Shown here one piece after another: positions 13,445-28,374 of a stretch of DNA of 64,000 nt. The stretch's first letter is position 1, and each line of letters opens with the position of its first letter. The notes below the pieces were generated by a model. It did not search any database. It was not told the origin of the DNA and was given only the letters and a program-made list of their open reading frames with translations. The position numbers and the translations under genes were made by a program. The DNA is taken from the NCBI GenBank assembly GCA_026770705.1, contig JANJGN010000008.1:172174001-172238000 (forward strand). The letters run 5' to 3'. Source of the DNA: Isurus oxyrinchus. Taxonomy: Eukaryota.

Positions 13445-15175
13445 CAAGTTCTGTACTGCCAAACGACTATTTCACAGATATTCGATTTTTTTCAGGTTGT
13501 CGCATCAAAGGTCAATTACAAAGCAAAATTAGAAGCCCACTGAAACCAAGGATTGGGTTAGAGCTCTTTAGGGCATATTTCTTCAAGCCAGCAAAGGGTT
13601 GAGCTAGTGAAGGATTAAAATACATGGCAGCTAATGTTTACTCTCATTTTTCCCCTGGACCAGTTAGGACAAATCAGTAATCACCACCTTATGTGCAACA
13701 GTGTCACATTTTGTTTTATAATGTTCCTGTGAAGCACCCTGGATGTTTATATTAAAGGTGCTCAATAAATGTAATTTGCTGTTGTTGGTATAGACTTTGA
13801 CTTACACCATTGCAGATTTGCAGAAATTGATAAAGTTAGTGGGGGGATATAAATACTGCAGATGGTGAGAATGTTGATTTGCATCATAAATTTGACTTGC
13901 AAAAGCCAAGTTTAATTCAGACCCTTAGAATCCTGTGGCATCTCGAGGACAATTTCTACAACAAATGCTGTGGCACAAATACGTAGATTTGACTTCAAAT
14001 CTGTCTAGGATTTGGGAACATCTCAATACAATAAGCCTTTTTTTACAACATCCCCTCAATCTAAAATATATTTCTAACATACTGTATAGGAATAATACTA
14101 AGTTGCATTTTAAAAAAAAAGAAAAAAGCAGGCATTTTGAACTGTACAAAATCAGCTAACTGCCCCGATTCTCTGAATATTCCATGTGCTGCTCAGCTGT
14201 TAACAGCAATGTCTGCTACTTAACACCCAATTACCTCAACCAGCAAAAGCAACTAAGTGAGCTGGTCTGTAAACTAATGGCTTTTTCTTTAAACTGCCAT
14301 TATATACAACAAATGTATCCCCTAGAATGGCAATCAGAACCTCAGCATTAAAAAATATTGCTCGAACTGAGGTTCTTTTTCTCAAAGTAATGTTTAAAGT
14401 TCTATGTTATTTTCCAGTATATTTAAACTGTCAGGGAGCTCAGTGATGCACTAACCAGATGGTATACTCAACACCTGCCTTACAAACTAGGATATACATT
14501 GCTCTAATTTTATGCGGGTATAATTTAACACTGTGATCACCATATTAGGAGAGTTATAACCTATCAATATGCTAACATTTGAAATATTTAGTACTTAGAA
14601 CATAGGCGCTCAGAGACTGGATTCATTTTGCATCAGAACAGGGAGCAGAACAAAGTGTGAACCAAAGACTGTGCATTACACACTTAGAGGTAACCAATGT
14701 GTGTCGGATGATACCAACCTTCTGTACTCCATTGATTTACAGCTTGGGGCTCTCGCGCCTTGTGCATTACCTGCGAAACTGGAATCTTAGCATCTGGAAA
14801 AAGCACCTGATCAATGGGCTCAATAAACTAAATGCATATCATATCTTGCACACTTCAACAAGTGTGAACTGCATGGAGACTAGATAATCAGTGTAAATTG
14901 TCAGGATTTAGACTCAGACCCAATACAATCAGTAGGGAAATGGTGAAATCCTGTAGAGGTTTCCATGGATGCATACTAGGGGACTTGTATACACAGCAAG
15001 TTCAGAGAAAATTCCAACATTCTTCCTCTTTTAACATTTATGAATTTGTTGATTTGAAATGCAGAATTAAAGGTACCACAATCCCTGAGACAGATCTGCA
15101 TAAACTGCAAGTTCTCAGTTACAACATCATAAATGATATTTGTTCATGAGATTTAACTTCCTCAGAACGTATTCA

Positions 15176-15427
<252 letters not shown>

Positions 15428-16535
15428 CTATAAAACTAGACTAACAATACACTTCTGTGAATTGACACTAACTGTAACCCAAACTGCATTCTGTTAAACC
15501 TCCCATCAGTCATCATTCACCTATGAATACACTACATCTTCACTCAATATTTTAACCAAGTCCTGCAATTGAATGTGACAAAACATAACACTGCCTTTTC
15601 AGAGTCAACACCAAAACTCAGAATACAACTTAAGAACATTTCTTTTCATGTGAAAGGACAAACATGCTGTTCTGCACAAAGTATTTCTGAGCTTTAGCAA
15701 TTATTATTCGCTCTTTCATAGGCAAGAAAGAGATCCTAGTAACAGAAGTGTGAAAGTTACATCCATTATGCCCCAAATTTGTGCAGAGATTAAGGTCAAT
15801 AGCCTCTGGAATACTATTTATGACCTTCGGCCCACTGACATTTGCCAGATAAATAAAGTTTATGTAACAAAAGGAGCAGAGAATTAATAGGTTTTAACCC
15901 AGGCTGTTAGGTGATCAATACTCTGTTTACACAATCAAGGTTTGCCATTTCCTATTATTTGGACATTACTAAACTCTGGAATTGTGCACTCCAAAGTCAC
16001 ACTAGTAATCACATCTTCCTTGTTCTGAATTCTGAGGTACTTTAAATTCCAGCATGATTTACAGCTCCATTTGTCCCCAATATTTCTAAAGCTGGTGATA
16101 AACTTAAACAATGTCTTCAGTGGCAAGGTTCATGCTTGGCCTGTCAGTGGCAGGCAAAAGACATAACTTGAAGCAAGCGGTTTAATTGCTCCACCGCCTC
16201 TATGTAGGCCAAGATGGTGGTCTAATTATTCTTGGCCAGTGCGGATCTCTCCAAACCCCCATGGATTGTAGCAGCACCCAAATAGAGCGTTTGCATTAAA
16301 AAAAAAATCAACCTCGCTACTGTAGAAATAACCAACTTGCAATATAAACGAGGCTTTTTTCCAGCAGGTGGACTAGAAACTGGCACTTGAAGAATCAACT
16401 TTGCTGCAGTAAACTGACTATTGGAAAGAAACGTTAACAGAAGAATTTGAAGCAATAATTGATTTAATGACAACATATATAGTCAAACATGGATATCAGG
16501 TAGTTGGCTATGGATACCATTGATTATTTCATTAC

Positions 16536-16628
16536 CTCAAACCTTTCAACGGGATCTTCTCGTTCAGCTTGTTGTTCTCGCATTACTAAGTATTCCTTTT
16601 CATATTTCTTAAGCTTTTTCTGACTGAT
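16536..16628 (-). CDS. RABGAP1: RABGAP1 internal exon, coiled coil (ISQKKLKKYEKEYLVMREQQAEREDPVERFE)
   Basis: 93 nt; gtacag acceptor, GAG|GTAATG donor. Confidence 0.95.
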
Positions 16629-17699
16629 CTGTACAAATGGATATCAAGAATATAAATTAAATCTTCAAATTAAACAGCAGTAAATTTGTTTTTTTAGTAA
16701 CATGAAGCACCTTTAGACAGAAATGTTATTTACCTAAAGTTGTTCTCATCAGTGAGCGCCTATTTAAAAATGGGCTGTTCTTATTCGCAGTCAGCATACG
16801 CATTTTAAAAATAAAGTTTTAGTAGCTTGACTGATCATTCTGTTTGGTACTGGGGGTAATCATACAGACAAGTAGATTAAATCCCCAATCTGCATTTTGT
16901 TAGATACTGATCCAGATTTTTTTTTCCCAGCAGCATCACACAGGGAGAAAGCGAAATATTAGTTAGCTGGGAGTTGTCATCGGGAAACCTCTGTATGTAT
17001 GCAGGAAGTGCACATAAATATCTGGACATATTGCCAGGCTCCCACATTCAAAAGGATCACTGGCACTCAGTCCTGGGTAAGTTGCATAAGATACGATCGG
17101 ACCATCACCACAAATTGGGCTTTATTTTTGAATTAATCCTAAGGAAAGGTACAGGTAAAATGTGGGGGTTGTTGAAACAAAATAAACAAACCCTTCTGAT
17201 AGGAAGGAATACAACACAACGGAACTGTTTTTCTTCCTGATTTAAAAACAAAGAATTTCCTGGTCCCAACTCTTTAGAAAAAAAAAGACTTGCGTCCAAA
17301 ACTTTCGGACAGTGACTGTGTTGTTATTACACCAACATATCTATCAGTGAAACTAAAGAAAACAATGACCACAATAGGAATGACCTCAAAGTATCTGTTA
17401 AAGCAATCATATCCAATCTGTAATCCAAAATAAAGCAGATTTTAAAAGAAAATCCACAAAGTACTTGTTTTTACATTTTCCCAGTTTTTTTTTACAAAAT
17501 TTAATCCTGCACTAACTTATAAAATTCAAATTTACATAACGTGTTTTACCAGAATAATTCTGTGTTCTATCGAGTTGTGTCAGCTGGATATTTTTTCAAA
17601 AAATGCCATCAAACAAACTTCTTCTAAAAACATTTTATTTAAGTCCCTGCCTTTTTTTGCTACTGAACACTAGCAGCTACTAAATGTTTATTTGATTAC

Positions 17700-17828
17700 C
17701 TTCATACTGCAAGCCAGCTCCATCAGCTTTTTAGCATTTTCCTCAGAGCGATACCTTTTAGGAAGCTGGACACGGAAAAACTTTAAGGCCCCTTCAAAGT
17801 CTGTTAACAGAAGATCATCTTTTGAGGT
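17700..17828 (-). CDS. RABGAP1: RABGAP1 internal exon (TSKDDLLLTDFEGALKFFRVQLPKRYRSEENAKKLMELACSMK)
   Basis: 129 nt; ctgcag acceptor, AAG|GTAATC donor. Confidence 0.95.
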
Positions 17829-18537
17829 CTGCAGGAGAGATTTTTAAACAGATTTTAGTGCTATCTGAACAAGTCTGTGAAATTGACAATCAGCATTCAG
17901 TAAAATCTTGGTAATTAAGGCTCCCTGCTCACTGTTAGAAAAGATTAAATTTGTGCCAATACATAACACAGAGCGCTACTCTCATTCTAATCAGATTCTT
18001 TCATTAAATCAGGCCACCCTCACGTCAGCTGAAACACTAAGCATGATGAGGCTGTAAGAATGCAAAACAGCCTTCTCTGGTGGGAAGCACCATCAGTATT
18101 AGTCAGTTTTGTGCACAAATTATTAGTAGTATTTTTTAACTATAATATAATAGAAATGACAAATTGAATTATTCCCAAACTGTGTTCATGAATGAATTCC
18201 AAAAACTTTTTCTGAAATAGCAAATGTATATTACAAGATGAAGTGTTCAATTTGCAATTCTGCTCATTCAAAAGGGGTGTAACTGGAGTGTCTTTCATTT
18301 AGCATAATTCAAAGTTCGCCACAATGATATTAATAATGGTTTACATAGAGATTAGTCCTAAGATTATTAATGATGGCTTACATCCAAATTAACTTTTATA
18401 CATATTAATAAATTGTCATTTAAAACTCTTACAAAGTAAGTTAAACAATGTTCCACTTTTGGTGGAGATAAACGATGACAACTATAAACATTAGTTAAAC
18501 CACATTGTGAATATATAATAGAAGTTGTGACGCTTAC

Positions 18538-18579
18538 CTTCAGTAAAGCAAGTGCAACGTTGAAGATAACACTTATCCC
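18538..18579 (-). CDS. RABGAP1: RABGAP1 small internal exon (GISVIFNVALALLK)
   Basis: 42 nt; ttttttaag acceptor, AAG|GTAAGC donor; matches the expected end of the TBC domain. Confidence 0.93.
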
Positions 18580-21500
18580 CTTAAAAAAGTTACAAAACTT
18601 TACGTAAGCTTATGCAAGAAAACATTTTTGAACTTTTTCAAATTCATTTTTCATACACGGTACATTTATGTAAACCATTTCAGGAAAAATAACCTTCTAC
18701 TGCTAACTTCTAAATTAATTTAAAGCGCTCAAGACATACCAGGCATTGTAGGTTAGTAAAGTATAACTGGCCTGCCATTTCTATGTAAAAACAAATACAT
18801 TTTAATTTTGTTACTGAAAGCTGAAGATTGACAATCTGGTGAGAGCAGAATAGCAGAATGGCCCCTGTGTTAGACCAAAATGGAACCATCCCAACAATTT
18901 TGAGAAGACGGCCTTAAGTTCAACAGCATTTCCATTTCCATCACTTAATTCACAGACTGGCATATTCGATATTACAGACAACAATACTTGCTAAACCCAA
19001 ACAGATGTAGGATCATGAGTGTGCAGGCCAGGGCTTCCAATAGAGCGTGTGTTCAAATGTTGATGCATTACTCGTCTGTTAAAATGCCTTTCTCAGGCTC
19101 TAAGCTTTTCTGTGAAAAGGACTTTTGTTGAATTCCACACAAGACTCGGTTAACATAGTTTATTGCAACACACACAATTGCCATCTTTGGCCGTGTTATT
19201 CCTGGGTAAAAACATGACTGTAAAGGAGCAGTCAAGAGCATTAAAACAAAAACGTTCTTTCAACTATTTTGGTATTTCAAACAGAGAAGCAGACAAAACA
19301 TGCGACTTCCTTCATTCACGGGAAAAACTTGCACACTGGCTGCACTATTTTTAAAGCAAAATAAAGAGGTTTGAGTTGGGTACATGCATACCATTTTCTT
19401 TTGTAAGGGTGGGGAATCATGTGTTATTTTTGAAAAAGCACGGAACATTTCTATGTAAAAGTTCCTGATCTGAACTCCTGAGATTTTATATTGATGGTTT
19501 ACATCTAAGTTAATATTTGCATAAAAACTATTTTCTAAAAGAAAATAAAAATTTAGGCTAAAGGCTTAAATATTTTTACATAAATATGAAAAGAAAAAGT
19601 CAAATGAGAAAAGATTATTCTGCCAAGTGAGGTTCATTCCATTTCTGCTATATCTACTTAGTGCAACTAATCATATTTTGAACTTTGCTAATCTGATTGC
19701 AAAAACCTAAAAAATCACTATTCCAATTTACTTTTCTAACCTTTCCTCAATTTATCCTCCTAAGTTGTAATTATTCATATTACTCCTTTGCTTTTACATT
19801 CTACAACGCATTAATGTTCCCTCTGAAGCCAAGGTCCAAGTGTGGTCTGACCAGTGCATTCCAAAGTCTCAGCAAAGATTCTGTTGATTCACTGTTCTTG
19901 CCATGTACCTCAACATTGTACAGCATTTGTTTTTTTTTCAAACTGCTTCTCTATATTGTTTGCCTACAAAATAATTTCAAGAGCAGTTCATTTGTTATGA
20001 AGCACTTTGTGATGTCCTGAGGATACAAAAATTCTAAGACGCAAGTCTTTTTAAAAGTAACAAGGCTACTGGCACTTTCCAGTCTCTTTTTTAATTGTAC
20101 ATTCAACTGCAGTTAATTTATTCTGATCAGACATAGCCTCAGCACCTTGGGTTGAAGGGGGAAATGTGGTCATGTTTCTGGTTTTTGATCGTTGCCCAGC
20201 AATTCCTTTTGAAAGTGCACACATGCATGGACACATGGCCCAGATCAGGCTCAGCTGTGATCCCTCCTGTGGTTAAATAACTGGCAAAACCGAAAGATCA
20301 CACATGTATAACAGCCATTTACGCAAGCTAATGAAGGGTGAACAATAGAGTCTGCAGTCTTCAAGAAAGGAAGAAATCGGGAAAGGAAAATTGATAGTGT
20401 TGAACATACTATCCATTGCCAAAGCACAGTGAATACTTTACATTGTTTATAAGTGTTATTACAGTGGGACATTGAATTTACAGCTGTGCCAGTTGTACAG
20501 TTGGTCATTCATCCTTCCTAACCCATGCAGCCTTGTAATCCCCCAAATTTAAAATCCTCAACCCTCATATTTAAACGCTAGTATTGTTGCTAGCTAAACT
20601 GCATTGATATCTTTCTCCACTGTCCTTGTTACACGGCAAAATCTCAGTCTGCGCAGTTCCAATATTTGGATGTTTCTGTACATGCGCTGTATACAATTTA
20701 TTTGGGTGGCTGGAATGGGATTAGTGAATACTCATTAAGATGGATAGGAGGTAGCAGCAGTGAATAAGGCTGTCAAAATTAGGACAAGGGGAATTCAGCA
20801 GCAGGTCCATCAACAGTTTATTTGAATAAAGTGAATTTTCAGACTGTAGTACCTCTAACAAATTCAGGGTGTCCCAATTATAGTAGAATCCACCTGAATT
20901 AGCACCAACATGAAATTGAAAACTGAGGTGGTTCTAAGGAAATTGGCAAAGACTGTTAAAATGAGCTACAGTTTGAAGGGCCCTTCAACACCAGTATAAA
21001 TGATATACAATAAACATGTTCATAGCAAAAGATTCCATTCGATATAAATTGATGAGAAACAAAGTGTTAACCCACAGCCTTTACACACTGTAATGCTCAA
21101 TCCATTACTCAAAAAGCAAAATATCTCTCTGACAGTGGACATCAATCTATGCTGAAATCCTGCATGCTTGGGAGTATGCACAAAATCTCTGGTGGTCAAA
21201 TTAAATTCTTCCTCACCCTATCACAAAACCTGGGGGCTGCGAACTTAATAGAAAAGACAATTGAACTAGATAAAGTACACAACTAGTTGATATATATCAC
21301 GCACATCAGGCATAAATGAATGGAGAAGGTTTTTTTTAAACTTAACAGCTATCTGGATAACTAAATCTTTGGCTGAACCTATCATCAACAATGTGACCTT
21401 CTGCAAAGGACTACTGCTCCTTCAGTGAATCCACATTGCAGCTGGAATTCCAGATAACTGGAATTTTAAAAATATTTATGGCCCAGGAGTAAGATCTGTT

Positions 21501-22369
21501 TGGCAAAAGTTAAAAATGTCAAACAGATCATCACTGTTTAAATATTACCTGTGATCAAAACACTAATAAACATACAAAGGCCTGTGTTTCAGTGGTATCT
21601 CTGTCCTAAACAGCACCACCATGTGGCTTATATCAAATTACAACTATTTTCATGATTAAATAGCAATTTGATGAGGAAAGTGTTCCTGAATGCTCTTTTG
21701 CAACTATACTTCAGAAAAAGATATGCTGTTTCTGCACGGCTCCCAAATGAAGAAACAACCTATTGGTACTTTTCATTCCTTGTGTCACAATATGCAGTTA
21801 TGTAATTGTTCTCAGCTTTCTCTTGTTATACTTGCGAACCATGGAATAGATGTGGCTGATGTAGGGCCCCAAGTAGGAGGATATAAAAAATGTATTTCAG
21901 AAATTGCAAAGATTTCTAGTCTGCTTGAACCACAATTTGTGGCCAGGATCAGTTATAACAGGTTGGGAGAATCACCTGTAGCTGAGTGATGACAGTGCAG
22001 CCTGACAGCAGCTGATTCACCTGATGGTGCCACGTGGTTTCTGGCACACAAATGGAACGCACCCTCTAACTGAACCACCACACTAACTAAGGCAGTCACA
22101 GTCCTCTGGGTGGTCATATAGTGAGGTTCCAATGTCTGTTTTTAAAAAAAAAAAGTGCAGACATGAAAGAAAGAAAAGAGAACAAGTATGAAATTAAAAA
22201 TGGAGACAAATGAAAGAAACAACAACAAATCATCATCAGGATTCTTGTGCACAGCTTAAATATTTAACTCAAACCCTGTTGGGATTTTTACAACCTTATC
22301 AACAATTATTTTAAAATAACCTTCATATTCTAAAGGTACAATTATTTTCATTTTTAACAATACACTTAC

Positions 22370-22513
22370 CTCACAGAGCAGCAAATCAATGATGTGGAAG
22401 ACCATATAGAGTGGGAACTTAGCAGTGAACAGAGTGAGAAACCACTGGGAGGCATACATGTGTGCTTCAAGACTGATGTTTAAGAAGTGGTTGTACAAAT
22501 CTGGAATATACTC
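22370..22513 (-). CDS. RABGAP1: RABGAP1 internal exon (EYIPDLYNHFLNISLEAHMYASQWFLTLFTAKFPLYMVFHIIDLLLCE)
   Basis: 144 nt; tttcag acceptor, GAG|GTAAGT donor; TBC WFLTLF motif. Confidence 0.96.
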
Positions 22514-24589
22514 CTGAAAGTAAAAGCAACATTTATTGGTAGCACAACAGAAGACAGATCACTCACCTTCAGATGTAGCAGCAACCATTCTTGAAGTTAA
22601 GGTGCGGTCACTACATGTGCCCAGTTAAGTACAGGAATACTAAAGTTACCTGTCTTTTAACAGTCCTTTACACCATAAGTCATGAATTCTGTAAAACCAT
22701 CTTAATAGAAATTAATTTCAGTTTTTTAGGTACTGTTGTTCTCAGTTGCACTGCGCTATGTGAATCGCGCTGTGCAACTCTTATTTATTTTTATGCTAGA
22801 AAAAAGATAAATCAACAACTTCAGGGCGTCCCAAAGTGTTTTACATCCAAAGCAGCACTTTTGAAACATAGTCATCATAATAAAGAAACACCATGACTGA
22901 AGTGCGCACAGGAAGATGCCACAAACAGCAACGAGACAAGGACCAGATTATCTGCTTTAGATGTACAATGTGAAAAAGAGCACGTTACGGCAACAAAAAT
23001 AAAAACCAAGTTATGTTGGGAAAAGTAATAAAAAGCTGAACTCCGAACTGACCACAGGAGATGAAATTTAGAAAAATGGAGATCAGAAAAAACGATTAGG
23101 TCAAATTGCTGCCCAAGTTCATTGAGCTGAGGGTGAATAACTAAAGTCTCCTTGAGTAAGGGGTAGCTTAATAAGTTTCTCAGAACCATTAGAAGCAAAC
23201 AAACAAGGAGCATCTGAGTCCCTGAACAAACACTTGGCTGCCAGATGTCATTTTGGAAATCCAAGGAATTCAAATTTGTTCTCTCAATTTGATATGAACT
23301 CCTGGAAGCTGATTTTTGTTTCAGATTGGGTCATCAAATAATTAATCATTTAATAGCCAAACACCCCCTCTATTTCAAATAGACAACAGCCAAAGAATCC
23401 GTTTTGCTGTGCCTATTATATGCTTAGCCTTGACAGGACCACTGCTCTTAAGTGATGTATTGGCATGAGAACCAAAAGGTCTATTACAATTTTGCGAAGC
23501 ATTTGAAACGGCATCTAAAAACCAGTAGAAAATTTAGGCACTTGGGAGTCGAGAAAGGAATGGAATTGATTCTGCTGCTTTGCTTCGAAGATCCCACTGG
23601 ATTCAGAATAAGGTTTCTCAGAAACTTGAACATCTAGCGAATTAAAAACTCAAGATGATCTCCCTACTCACCCTCTTTTGGGCAGTTTGTCTCTATCAAC
23701 GATCCTAAGGTAACCTAGTTTAACTGTCAGCGAAAGCCATGGAAGGAATTACATTTTCAAATGGCACCTAAGTACACCCAATTCTAATTTCTGCCCTTTA
23801 GTATCGACTCTGCAGCCAAAATCTTAAAGTTTTTTTTGTAATGGATCACTAGGTTGTTCAGTTAAACTGTCTATTGACAAAACTCATCTCAATTTACATC
23901 CTGCTTTTCCAGGGGGGGAAAAAAAAAACTTGTTTTACTGTTATTTCGGTGTCACTTGAAACATTTTCAAAAACATGTAGGTCTGTTGTTACTTTTTAGA
24001 TCAAAACATACAGTGCAGTGTTTAAATAACCAGGTCAAATCTATTCACACAGTGAATAAAATAAATGGCTTGTGTGGAAAATTTTTCACTGCACTGGGAC
24101 AGTCCGCTGGAAACCTACTTAAATACTGGTTTAGGAAATCTGAGTTTGCGGAAAAATATGGCGATATATCTAGCAGAAACTTGCACATAATAACAATGTT
24201 ACATAATCTATTGACTGTACTTGCATAATTTTCATTAGATTCATCCTATTTTAAGCAGCACTTTGAATACAGGCTCCATGGAGCCAAGAACGGTGGAAAT
24301 CTGAATCCATTTATAGTGCCTGTGAAATCTAATAATTATGGTATAATAATGCCAAGGAAAACAAAAGATCAGCGACTGGCTTGTTTTTCAAAGGTAAAAT
24401 TGGATACAGAAATCATTAACACTAAACCTTTTACCACCTATACTTTGAACAAATATTTCAGTGGTTTAAAGATTAATCATATTCTAGAAAGAGGGAAATT
24501 TGGCAAACCACAAAATGCTGAATTTATCTGTCCATATTTTAGTTACGGAACAAAAACGCCACTATATCCTTCAGGGAGGTGATCCTGTA

Positions 24590-24960
24590 ACACAGCGGGT
24601 AGCGTCCCTGCCTAACAGCCAGAAGCTTCAGGTTCATGTCCCGCTCTAAGACTTGATGGCCAAGGAAGGTGCATTCATAACCCAGCCAAAAAGATTGATT
24701 CTCAATCTGCAAATCCCTCCAACATAGACTAATGGCAGGCAGGAAAGATTCCTGGTCAGTCAGGGGACGGAAAGAAAATCAGAGCCTCTGCCATCACTAC
24801 TCACAGCTCCGGGCTACAACATGCATGTAAAAGTGCATGCTGTCACCGGGGCTGCCTGGCTCAGTTGGATCAGACTGGTGCACACAGCATAGGGTTCACT
24901 GCCCATTCCGGCCGGGGGGGGATCTGGGACCTGCCTCCCTCCTTGCCCTACCCGTGGTGG
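24590..24960 (+). mobile_element. Two adjacent degraded SINEs with tRNA-like heads
   Basis: cagcgggtagc..ggttcatgtccc at about 24593 and tggctcagttgg..gggttcactgccc at about 24857. Confidence 0.45.
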
Positions 24961-25435
24961 AAATCACGATGCTGTCGGCTGAACCTGTCCTCGGGCAGAC
25001 AGCTGAAGATGATCATTCTTCAGGGTTTAGAACCGAGTGCGAGGGTACTCTCCTTTTTCTTATTTTCTTCTCCTTTCCTTCCCAGCCTCCTTTCATATTG
25101 CACAATTCTGTAAACAAGAGAATGTGGGGCGACCACTGAAGTTTCCCACACTACTGTTTTCAAACGTGATAGTGGTCTGTGCTTACTTGGTTTCCATCAT
25201 TATTCTGCTAAACCTCATCTACCAACTTTGTCTCTTTTAAAAGCTCACAAAGTTTCTAATGAACTTAGTTTCATGTTGCTCCAGTTTTATTCCGATGACA
25301 AAACCAAAAACGAGACATTTTCCATGTAAAATAAATGCTATGGCAATCCAGGTCCTCCCAACAAGTCTATTAAACATTCATAGTTCAAACTGTACATTTC
25401 TTCCCATAATGGCTTAGGTAGAGGTTTTTTTTTAC

Positions 25436-25561
25436 CTGCATCAGTCTTTCCAGCTGATAGAACTTGCAATGCAAGTCTTCAAAATTTTGTTTAAAAAGTT
25501 CCCTGAGTCCGTAATCAAACATGATTTTGACCAGAACACTAAACGCTTGCTCTTCAGGCAT
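25436..25561 (-). CDS. RABGAP1: RABGAP1 internal exon (MPEEQAFSVLVKIMFDYGLRELFKQNFEDLHCKFYQLERLMQ)
   Basis: 126 nt; tttcag acceptor, CAG|GTAAAA donor; inside ORF 25385..25645. Confidence 0.96.
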
Positions 25562-26375
25562 CTGAAATGATACAAATTGAAACGCCCTCATAAGAAAAAA
25601 GTAGTCATTTATATTCATGGATTTCTTTGACAAAGTACTTTGCACTGCTCAAAGGATGTGAAAAAAGAACACGATGGTCACCAATAACCCCACTACGCTT
25701 GGTTGCTTTTTGTTACACACAAGAAAACTATGTGCTTTGCGTTTCCCATCGTCAACCCCTCCCTCAATATTGGGACAAGTTGTTTCTCCAACTACTCCTA
25801 AGACTCTCATCTGACATCAATAAGTTCTAGTACAGAGAGCTCTAGAGTTCAACTTAGCTCAATTAAAACATGGTTACTTGCTAGACATGCCAACTTAATA
25901 ATAGGCAGGATGGAAAATATCTCTGAATGGATCAAGAATCAAGTTCATTAAAATTTGCTGAACAACCAGATTGGAATTCATACTTTGAGTCTTCTTTGAT
26001 GGTTTATCAGGCAAAGTATATTGTTTAGTATGAAATGGGGCCATAGACACAGAGTTCAGTTCTTGATCAGTGCTGTAAACTGTTGATTTTAGCTAGGGGA
26101 AGCAGTAGTGACAATACAGCTGGCATACTGAAGTGAGATTTTTGTGAGGGAGATAAGGAGAAGAGAAACTCAGATAGGGATTTTCCACATGACTCCTTTG
26201 GTTGCATTTGAAAGCAGACAGCCAAGCTAGTAGCTAAGGGAAGAGGCCACCCAAATCATTCTGTCAGGCAATGGGAAATTTATGTTCTAGTGGACAAGGT
26301 GAGGGAAAAAGGAAATAGTCGAGAGATAAGGTTTAATATGATATCAAAACAAAGGATATACCAAAATGAAAACAA

Positions 26376-26970
26376 TCCGACTTCCCAAACCTCTCACTCA
26401 CCACACATCCCACTTTCTGACCCTCCTAGTCACTGCGGACCCTTCCTCCAACCAACCCTCTGGTTCACAGTCTCTACTGCTGCTTAACCTACCCTCTTGC
26501 TGCCAACCCTCCGACTTGACCTCTCCAGCTCTCTAAGACACCCTCTCGCCAATCCACGCTCTCACTGAACCTCCCACTCCCCGACTTGCCTGCTCACAGC
26601 TTCACCTTCCTGAACCTGCTTTCCCATTCAAGACCCAGATCCAATCCGAAGCCTTCTCATCTCCGGAGCCTACCCTCTCACAGCGAGGGTTCAGGAGAGG
26701 GGAACGGCGAGTGGGAGCATTTAAAAAAAAACATCTATTGTACAGCCTCAGCTCCGCACTTTCACAACCACGGAACTCTGGCTTTGGATCAGATCTGAAT
26801 CTTGAACAGAAAAGCAGGTTCCGGAGAGGGGAGTGGTGAGTGGGCGATTCGTGAGTGCAAGAGTCAGCGAGAGGATGAGTCAGGGAGCGCCAGAAATGGT
26901 GGCAGCAAGAGAAAGGGTCAGGGGGTGGGAGAGGCTGCTCCAAGGCTACATGACACAGCCCGAAGTTAGA
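26376..26970. repeat. Imperfect fold-back (palindromic) element of about 600 bp
   Basis: C/T-rich left half and G/A-rich right half are reverse complements; 26612-26653 vs 26780-26821 match at 34 of 42. Confidence 0.7.
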
Positions 26971-28036
26971 CCAGCAGGAAACAACTTTAAAACAAATCTT
27001 GCACGCTAAACGAGAATACTTTTAATTGATCAACGTTAAAGTGAAACATTAAACAGGGCAATATATATGGATTCAAGCAATGCTTTTGCTGTTAATATTT
27101 CCATCTAATATTTCATTAATTTTGCTTTGAAATCACTAAATACTCTTTATTCTCTATTATATCTAATAACAGGTACATAAAAGTAGTATCAGACAGCATA
27201 AAAGTCTGAATAATTTAACTTTTTATAATTTGCTTCAGTGCTGCTTTTCTAAATTTAATAGCAAGTTATTTCTACCCTTCAGCTCTTGGATAAGATGGAT
27301 GTGCACACATATAACAGAAGGCACTATTAGACCTGCATGAATCGTTGGTAGTTTAAACTTCAGGTAAATATTCAGTAAGTAACCTGCTGCCTACAAACTC
27401 CTAAGGTGCAACAATAGTCAAGTTATCCAAATTACATCTTAAATGTAAGGCAAAGATGATATTTAATGTTGTACTACCATCTTTAGAAGTACAGTTATAA
27501 AATCCTTTCTTAAGCAGATCTTTGAAAACAAGAGTGTGTAAATCTTAAAATTCCAGATTAAAGAAATTAATTTTCAGTTGCACAGAATTACACCCTTGTG
27601 CTGCACAACTGTTAAAAAAGGTCTTCTGGTTAAGAATTGCTTGCCTGGGGAAATAACATATTTTACCAAGGCAGCATGCAAAACCTGAACATTTTAAAAC
27701 AAATGCTCAGCAAACTCTGCTTTAAATCTCAAGTCATTTAAAGTGGCCACTATAACTAACAAATTCACACTGCTTGCTAAGTCATAACCCTAATTTCAAT
27801 TGAACTTTCCTTTACTACAGCATTGCACAAGGAATATGAAGTGTTTTTTTTCTAATATTCTATATGAAAAAATGTTTAGCAGCCTTTACAACAAATTCAG
27901 CTGAACTGAGAAACTTACATGCAATACAAAATATTTCCATAAGATGGCACTTCACACCAAATCATTTCAAGCTATCAGGGAGGCATAATATTTAAAGTAC
28001 AGTAATTGTTACCCCAACAAAATGATGCATACTCAC

Positions 28037-28111
28037 ATGCAAGAGAAGCACAGCAGCAAGAAATGACTGGCCTTGACAGTAACCGATCTCTTCATCATAA
28101 ACTGAATAGGC
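28037..28111 (-). CDS. RABGAP1: RABGAP1 internal exon, TBC glutamine finger ([25 protein letters not shown])
   Basis: 75 nt; ttcag acceptor, CAT|GTGAGT donor; YxQ motif GYCQG. Translated by hand, not in the ORF track. Confidence 0.96.
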
Positions 28112-28374
28112 CTGAATAAAAATACAATTCAACCTTTGAGTATTCTGTGACATTTAATGATACAGGATCTATACAAAACAAAATTAATTTTCTGGTCTCA
28201 AGTGTGAGACAGCTCTTTTATGAACGATATGCTGTTATCAAACTTATCAAAATTAACCAATACTTAACACGTGTGTACCTTTCTGCCTTTAGGTTTGGTT
28301 TATATAGTTTAAAATGAAACTTTTTTTTCTGATGCATAAAAAAACCGTCAAAACAAAATATAGATAGTTAAGTT

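Noticed and set aside
16629-17699. Alternative first exon like that of short RABGAP1L isoforms (MMEEISIMVAYDAH-type)
   Set aside because: No recognisable coding match found by eye in this intron.
22540-22600. Consensus donor AAG|GTGAGT at 22566 preceded by an ATG
   Set aside because: It would leave a 53-nt intron and be out of phase with the next exon; likely chance.
25181-25240. ATGATGGAAACCAA|GTAAGC as an alternative first exon
   Set aside because: Phase 2 into a phase-0 exon, with no other support.
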